DNA from: Candidatus Tenebribacter mawsonii
GTDB taxonomy: Bacteria > Cloacimonadota > Cloacimonadia > Cloacimonadales > TCS61
Assembly (NCBI GenBank): GCA_030765665.1
Contig: JAVCCD010000339.1
Span: 1 to 40,838 of the forward strand
Length of the DNA stretch: 40,838 nt
Direction of reading: 5' to 3'
The notes beneath the pieces are model-generated. The model saw only the letters and a program-made list of their open reading frames with translations. It was not told the DNA's origin and did no database searches. Position 1 is the stretch's first letter; each line of letters opens with the position of its first letter. Shown piece by piece: positions 34,699 to 40,838 of this stretch. A program made the position numbers and the translations under genes.

Positions 34699-36363
34699 TT
34701 ATTTAAGAAGAATCATCTTCCGGGTTTGTTGAAAATTGCCAGCTTTTAATTTATAGAAATATATTCCTGATGAAGTTGGTGTATTATTCTCATCGGTTCC
34801 ATTCCAAACAATTGAATGTGTCCCGACTGAAAGCTGATCATTAACAAGTTGCTTAACTTTTCTACCCTTTATATTGTAAATTTCTAATGTAACCAGTGCA
34901 GAGGTTTGTGTAACACTGAATTCAATTGTAGTAATTGGATTAAATGGATTAGGATAATTGCCAATAAGTTTATTTGTAGTCGAGACAAAATCATCATCTG
35001 CATCAGTTAAACTAAGAGTCATTGAGATTGGAATTATTAACTCTTCTTGTGAAGGATCATTATTATATATCACTAATTCAGTAGAATATTGACCATTCTC
35101 AAGTCCATCAGGATTAAAGAAAATTAAAATTTCTTCTTCTCCTCCGGGTTGGATTGATAAAAATTCCTGATCCACTTCAAGCCAATCAGTATATTGTGAT
35201 GAGTCATTTATTACTAACTCACAATTGAGGTCAACCCCACCACTATTTGATATAGTTAACATCTCTTGATGGATATCATTAGATATAAGAGTTACATCTA
35301 TAAAAGATGGATCACAAAGAATTGAGGGAGGAAGAACACATTCTGCTGACAATTGAACGATCAGTTCTGGTGTATCTGGGTCATTACTTGCAATTATTAA
35401 TTCTCCTGAATAATCTCCTGTCTCATCAATCATAAATCCAACTTCTACAATTTGCTGTTCAGAAGGATTTAACTCAAATTCAGTTAGATCATCATAAACA
35501 AAACCATCACCAGAAATTGAAATATTATTTATTATTAAAGTATCTAAACCAGTATTAAAGATTTCTAATTCAAGAGTGTAAAATATTTCAGGAAAGGTTA
35601 ATTCAAAAGTAAGTTCATCTTCTAACACATATATATTTGGGATTGGATCACCCATAAGAAAGCTTAGATATTGTGTCATAATAGCAGCTTTAGTATTTCC
35701 AGTCGAGCCGTCCGCCATTGCTCCAAAAAAGGCAGAAGAAGCAATTGTTCTATACTCTCCAGAGTCGTAAAAAATCCCTCTTATCGCATCATCTTGAGAA
35801 TGTGAAAATGGGGTACCCAAGTCTGCATCTAAAGCATCTATACCGTAATCAGCATTTGACCCATAAAGATAACTCATCGAAAATTCATTAAAAGTTTCAG
35901 TACTATCGGCAATAATAGTTTCTATTCCCGCATATAAAACGCAAGGTGTGGAATGTTCTCCTATCCCAAAATAAGGGAGTAGCTCTGCATGATCTCCAGT
36001 ACCCAAAATAGCACTCTCTAGGTATACAGCTTTTCCATCTTCTAAAAAATCAATTATACTTTGCATATCTTCAGATCCGACCGGATCTGGTGGAGTCCAT
36101 CCTCAACCACCACACCAAATACCAGCTGTAGCAAAAATTATATCGTACTCCGATAAATCATCAGCTAGCATAGAATCAACAACCGCGATAATCCCATTTT
36201 CTGATAATGCTGTTTTTATGCCTGCTTCCAATCCTACATATGACCATGGATCTTCTGGATTCGATATTTCGGAACCATGATCTCTATCCCAGAGAAAAAC
36301 ATTCTGAGCTGATAATATTGACAAACCTAAGATCATCAATACAAAAATGATATTTATTTTCAT
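34699..36363 (-). CDS. Secreted T9SS-CTD protein interrupted by a single in-frame TGA (36103..36105): candidate selenoprotein, or a nonsense pseudogene
   Basis: ORFs 36103..36363 (signal peptide) and 34699..36066 (C-terminal [14 protein letters not shown]...IYNIKGRKVK...SGIYFYKL...MILLK) are in the same frame, 12 sense codons apart. The junction reads GIWCGG-TGA-GWTPPDP. Confidence 0.55.
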
Positions 36364-36392
36364 TTACAACCTCTAATTAATTTTATTTAACA

Positions 36393-36412
36393 CTATGCAA
36401 TAAACGTACCAA
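36393..36412 (-). promoter_or_regulatory. Sigma54-like -24/-12 promoter candidate upstream of the UGA-containing gene
   Basis: The minus strand reads TTGGTACGTTTATTGCATAG, close to the TGGCACG-N4-TTGCW consensus with exact spacing. Confidence 0.45.
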
Positions 36413-36465
36413 AAACCTTTTCATTATGATATTTTATCTTATAGAACCTAATTCTAATTTACTAT

Positions 36466-36490
36466 TAAAAAAGCCCCAGCATGCTGGGGC
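36466..36490 (-). terminator. Intrinsic terminator of the C25 peptidase gene
   Basis: The palindrome GCCCCAGCATGCTGGGGC (36473..36490), followed on the minus strand by UUUUUU. Confidence 0.75.
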
Positions 36491-36568
36491 AAAGTATTTA
36501 TCAATAAGCAGTAACAGATAAATGTTTTTTAAAATCAAGACATATCTGTTACAGTTTTTAAGCGACTG

Positions 36569-39500
36569 CTATTTTAGCAGAATCATTTTTCTAGTGGAGG
36601 TGTAAGATGCTGTTTTCATCTTATAAAAATAGATTCCCGATGAAACAGATTTGCCACTGTCATCTTTTCCATTCCAAACAACTTGATGATTTTCTGCTGG
36701 TAGATTTGCATGTATTAGAGTTTTCACTTTCTGACCCTTTATGTTATAAACATCGAGATCTACATTTCCAGCTTCCTTTAGTGAGAAAGAAATTGTAGTT
36801 GTCGGATTGAAAGGGTTGGGGAAATTTGCATGTAGTTTATTCATGATTGGAGTTATTGTTTCATCATTGCTACCGGAAGTATTTGAATAATGCACATCAT
36901 CAATATACCAGCCTTCACCAGTTATTAAACCGGCACTACCAAATACAAATCTTAATTGTGCAGTTCCTGAATATGCAGAAAGATCAAGCACAACTTCTTC
37001 CCAATCTATCTCGCCAGCAAATACAGGTGTCCCTTCTGCAAATGGCGTGGTTGGAATATTCATAATTGTACATGGATAACCACCAATAGGTTCAACTTGT
37101 TCCCATTCTCCTCCATCAACTGAAATCTCTATAAGTCCACCATCCCATGTAATTGAACTGGTAGATCCTACATCCATCCAATGATGGAAAGCTACTTGTG
37201 CGCCTGGAAAAACTTCAACCTCCGGCATCACGAGAGCTGCATGGATAAGGTTAGAATAACTAGTTTCGCCAATTCCTCCGCATTTCATTGAGTTGCTTCC
37301 ATCAATAGTATGATTACGATAATCTTCCAGGTGCCATTCATCTAAAAAATCATCTGTAAGTATCATATGTTCCCAACCTGCATCTTCACTTTCAAAATCG
37401 TAAGCAAAAAATCCAATTGGCAATCTTAGAATAGATTGGAAAGTAAACTCACTACTGTCGATAGCATATACATTCAAATCAGAAAAATATTCAACTGGGC
37501 TATCCGCTGAGATATCTATAATGAAAGGAGTTGTTGTATTTCCAATAGCATCTGGTGCAATAGAAGGAATAACGTCTACGCCAGTTACAGTAACATAGTC
37601 ATCTGTTGAGAATAAAAAAGATTGAGACTCATAGGCGTAACCATCTCCAATATTATGAAAACTTAAATATAATTCTCCCTGTTCACCAGGGTCTAGTATT
37701 TGATCTGAGCCTGTTACAACATTGATATCAAAATTATAATACTCTAATATGGGAGCATTACAATTAAGTTCAAAACTACTTGTCCAGCTTGCACTACTTG
37801 ATGTCACTTCAATTTCAAACTCAATTATTGTGTTATCTTCTATTAAAGGAAGCAACTCGATTGTGAATGCATCTGAATATGTCATTGTAGATGAGGCAGG
37901 AATTTGTGATCCACTCATTGTATCATTAATTATTACAACTTGATCTGAATTAGTAGAAAGAACCGCAGATACTGTATTCCCAGTTGGCTGCATTCCGATA
38001 TTCTGTAGAGTTAAGTCTATCTGCAATGTATCAAGAGACTGATATGAATCATCTGCATGAATTCCAAGTTCAACATAATCAGCTTCATAATAAATAACAT
38101 ACATGTCTGGAGATATTATTGCAACTTCCGCAGAATAACGATAATGATTCTGTTTTGTAACTGTTACCTTCATTGTATTGTCAGGAACTTGCAAAGGAAT
38201 TTCAATTGCTTGTGCAGATCCAGTTGCTACAACAGATGCAATAACTTCACCATTAACCGTAAGACCTATCAAAGCACCTTCATCAGCTGTCATTTCGAAT
38301 GAATCTAATCCGGATAAAAGTTCATCAGCATGATTAACAGTTAACTGCTCTGGCATTTCGGAATGAACTGTTGAAAATGCACAACCGTGATGATGAAATA
38401 GGTTATAAGTTACTGCCTTGTTATTTGTGTTATATGGCCATGAAGATTGTTGAAGGAAATATTTACCTGCAGCATTTGCAAAAGCCGGTCTTATCCAATC
38501 CGACTCCGAAGGATTCCCACCAAATTGTGGTAAAAAGTCCTTCCACATATTATCATACATTCCCCAAACAAAAGTGTCATTTACAAAAGAATAGGAAACT
38601 TCTGAGGCTGCGATAAGCCCAAGGGCACCTTGATCATGCCGGTGAAAAAGTTCTGCCCATGAATTTTGTGCAGCATTATATTTACCTGTTAAACAGTTTA
38701 TAGAAAATACGAAGACTAGGTCTTCATTATTTAAACCATTTAAATTTCCAGTATCATAATCTGGTTCACCCCAGCCGGTAATTCCTCCATGATCTCTGTG
38801 TTGAAGCATAAAAGCACCACTGTTTACAGCGTTGTTAACATCTGTTGCATTTCCACCGGACCACCCTTCCAATTCGGAAGGTGAAGCTGGAATATAGCCA
38901 AGACCATTCGGTCCAAATACATTCAATACAGCATAAGTATTTGTAGCAGTTGACCAAGGATCGACAGCAGGATTTCCATCATAAATGGCATTTATCCTAA
39001 CTTGATCTTTCCCTAGTTCATTTTGCCAAAAACCACCTACAGTTTCAGAACAGATTTGGAACCAACGTTCAGTCTGCCATCCCAAAGCTGTTATTGGGTG
39101 ATCATAAAAGTCTTGATTAGTAGTAGGATTTCTTTCATAATCTAGAACTTTCTCGATCATAATTGCAAGCTGATCTTCGTTCTGAGCAGTCATTCTTGCT
39201 AAAATAACGTCTGGCATATCATTATTATTTACATCTGCGTATATGTTATCAGAAACACAATAGTTATTCCAAATTGGTGAGACTACTGAACTTCCGGTAG
39301 TTCCATAATCACCGAGTAACAAAACAGCAGATGGTGGAATGTCCCAACTAGTATATGCGTCATCAATATAATCTTCAATTGCACTTGCTGTATTTCCACC
39401 AACTTCGGTAGTTGTAACGACACCAGTACGTATTCCCTGCTCATTTCTGAAGATGCTAAGAGAATCTGCCCATTGTATAAAAACTGGATCATCCGGAGTT

Positions 39501-40228
39501 ATGATTATATAGTCGTAATCGTCTGTTCTGCTCAAAGAATTTGTTGGTTTACAAGTTGATAATGATTCATAGTTTAGAAACACATCACTTAAGATACTAT
39601 CCCACCAGATGCTTCGTAATCTATCTTCACCAAATTTTCTTGAACCACCTTTGAAACTAATTTTAATTCTGATATCTTTATAGACCATTAGTTCTCTTGT
39701 AATCGGATTATATTGGAAGGGTGTAATACCAAGAATTGCAGCATCTACACCTCTAATTTTCGTAATATCAGAAAGCTGAATTGGATTATCAGGGTAGAAG
39801 GAATTAGTAGTGTAAACTTCTTTATTTACTGGATATGTTAAGGGACCAGTTTCAGTATCTAAAGGTATTCTTGGAGCAGGTGCAATATTAACATCTCTAA
39901 TTATTTCAACTTGTTTATCAATAATTTCCAATTCAAGATTTGCATCATTTGGTATAGCAAAGAATCGGCCAAGACCTGGCAGGTCTGGCATTCCTTCATC
40001 GTTTGGTAACAAATTACCCGTAAGTGATGGTTTCAACATTTTGATACCGTTAACTTCAATTTCTTCTAATGCGAATTCATGTATTGAGTACTCAACAATT
40101 ATCTCAGTCTCTGATGCATTTATCAGATTCAATCCTTCCTTATTCCAATTCTCATCAAATTTTATAATAGTAGAATTTAGAAAACTAACAATACTCACGA
40201 CCATAAAAACAAAAATTAATTTTTTCAT
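36569..40228 (-). CDS. Peptidase C25 (gingipain-like) family protein with a propeptide, Ig-like/CARDB-like domains and a T9SS C-terminal sorting domain
   Basis: Start placed at MKKLIFVF, with GAGGTG 4 nt upstream. C25-type core: YIIITPDD...LLLGDYG...DNIYADVNNNDMPDVILARM...HRDHGG (His)...FSINCLTG (Cys). C-terminal FPNPFNPTTTISF...VYNIKGQKVK...SGIYFYKM...MILLK. Confidence 0.75.
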   Translation of the reverse strand: MKKLIFVFMVVSIVSFLNSTIIKFDENWNKEGLNLINASETEIIVEYSIHEFALEEIEVNGIKMLKPSLTGNLLPNDEGMPDLPGLGRFFAIPNDANLELEIIDKQVEIIRDVNIAPAPRIPLDTETGPLTYPVNKEVYTTNSFYPDNPIQLSDITKIRGVDAAILGITPFQYNPITRELMVYKDIRIKISFKGGSRKFGEDRLRSIWWDSILSDVFLNYESLSTCKPTNSLSRTDDYDYIIITPDDPVFIQWADSLSIFRNEQGIRTGVVTTTEVGGNTASAIEDYIDDAYTSWDIPPSAVLLLGDYGTTGSSVVSPIWNNYCVSDNIYADVNNNDMPDVILARMTAQNEDQLAIMIEKVLDYERNPTTNQDFYDHPITALGWQTERWFQICSETVGGFWQNELGKDQVRINAIYDGNPAVDPWSTATNTYAVLNVFGPNGLGYIPASPSELEGWSGGNATDVNNAVNSGAFMLQHRDHGGITGWGEPDYDTGNLNGLNNEDLVFVFSINCLTGKYNAAQNSWAELFHRHDQGALGLIAASEVSYSFVNDTFVWGMYDNMWKDFLPQFGGNPSESDWIRPAFANAAGKYFLQQSSWPYNTNNKAVTYNLFHHHGCAFSTVHSEMPEQLTVNHADELLSGLDSFEMTADEGALIGLTVNGEVIASVVATGSAQAIEIPLQVPDNTMKVTVTKQNHYRYSAEVAIISPDMYVIYYEADYVELGIHADDSYQSLDTLQIDLTLQNIGMQPTGNTVSAVLSTNSDQVVIINDTMSGSQIPASSTMTYSDAFTIELLPLIEDNTIIEFEIEVTSSSASWTSSFELNCNAPILEYYNFDINVVTGSDQILDPGEQGELYLSFHNIGDGYAYESQSFLFSTDDYVTVTGVDVIPSIAPDAIGNTTTPFIIDISADSPVEYFSDLNVYAIDSSEFTFQSILRLPIGFFAYDFESEDAGWEHMILTDDFLDEWHLEDYRNHTIDGSNSMKCGGIGETSYSNLIHAALVMPEVEVFPGAQVAFHHWMDVGSTSSITWDGGLIEISVDGGEWEQVEPIGGYPCTIMNIPTTPFAEGTPVFAGEIDWEEVVLDLSAYSGTAQLRFVFGSAGLITGEGWYIDDVHYSNTSGSNDETITPIMNKLHANFPNPFNPTTTISFSLKEAGNVDLDVYNIKGQKVKTLIHANLPAENHQVVWNGKDDSGKSVSSGIYFYKMKTASYTSTRKMILLK

Positions 40229-40402
40229 ATTCACCTCATTTTTTATTAAAAACATTTTTTTTTTGAGAACATTAAGTCAATAGAATATTGGAAAGTTCTA
40301 ATCTGACTGTTAGTATATGACATTTAATTCAAAATAACCTAACAAATCTCCTTTTTACTTCTCTTAATAGTAGGTGTTCTAGTATTTTTCATAATTTATT
40401 AA

Positions 40403-40789
40403 TTATTGTGCTTCAACAATGTCCTCATCAAAAGCATGGTCAATTGTATTTAAAAGTTCACGATTACTGAACGGTTTTGTAAAGTATGCGTAAGCTCCCA
40501 TATCCATGATTTTCTTTTCAGTGTTATAGTCACCATACGCTGTTATCAATATTATTTTCACATCGGCATTTTGTTGTTTCACTTCTCTTATTATTTCCAA
40601 ACCATCTTTACCAGGTAACCACATATCAAGTATTATAATTTCCGGATGTGTTTGTTCATAGATTTTCAATGCATCAAAGCTATTGTAAACAGAAGAAGTG
40701 TCATATCCTGCATCTTGAATTATATTCGATAATAAAAGATGCATATCAGCATTATCTTCAACTATTAATATTCTGCTTTTTTTATTCAT
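40403..40789 (-). CDS. Stand-alone response-regulator receiver (CheY-like) protein
   Basis: ILIVEDN, the phospho-acceptor context IIILDMWLPGKDG, then TAYGD and KPF. At 128 aa it has no output domain. Confidence 0.85.
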   Translation of the reverse strand: MNKKSRILIVEDNADMHLLLSNIIQDAGYDTSSVYNSFDALKIYEQTHPEIIILDMWLPGKDGLEIIREVKQQNADVKIILITAYGDYNTEKKIMDMGAYAYFTKPFSNRELLNTIDHAFDEDIVEAQ

Positions 40790-40838
40790 ATTACACCTAT
40801 TTAATTTGCGTTTACAATTATTATTGCAAATAGTGTGC

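Noticed and set aside
36511-36552. A 10-bp inverted repeat, GTAACAGATA/TATCTGTTAC, with a 22-nt loop between the C25 stop and its terminator.
   Set aside because: It has no U-tract on the coding strand and no associated gene. The true terminator is the GC-rich palindrome at 36473..36490. It is probably incidental or a minor mRNA 3' structure.
1-40838. A scan for CRISPR arrays, rRNA genes, IS elements with terminal inverted repeats, or long (>100 bp) DNA repeats.
   Set aside because: None was seen. The only recurring longer similarity is among the DNA segments encoding the T9SS C-terminal domains, which is explained by protein-level conservation.

Overview
This is a strongly AT-rich bacterial window. 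The T9SS-type C-terminal sorting domains together with a type IV pilus operon suggest an FCB-superphylum organism, possibly Cloacimonadota-like, but that is only a guess.

The window has three blocks.

1. 47-11711: a tRNA-Arg(TCG) followed by an ~11.6-kb integrated element. The element is bounded by a perfect 33-bp direct repeat of the tRNA 3' end. It carries a tyrosine integrase, a translationally coupled 396-aa orphan, an Xis/AlpA-like HTH protein, a SpoVG-like protein, a RecA-like ATPase and a CHC2/Toprim primase. It also has two iteron-like repeat clusters. Its cargo arm holds an orphan membrane-protein pair flanked by GC-rich structured-RNA candidates, plus decayed T9SS cargo genes.

2. 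11984-26467: one tightly packed minus-strand type IVa pilus operon. The gene order is pilA, pilT, two minor pilins, a 765-aa PilX-like protein, pilM, pilN, pilO, a PilP-like gene, pilQ, an Ig-like lipoprotein, pilB, pilC, pilD.

3. 26708-40228: large secreted proteins with T9SS C-terminal domains, including a C25 (gingipain-like) peptidase. A stand-alone receiver protein follows.

The best candidates for something new are:
- An in-frame UGA in a C-G-G-U context, followed by an fdhF-like GGUC hairpin, in a T9SS cargo gene. This may be an exported selenoprotein.
- The orphan cargo module and its flanking structured RNAs in the integrated element.
- Sigma54-like -24/-12 boxes in front of pilA and two cargo genes.

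All functional calls come from motif recognition by eye. No database search was run.
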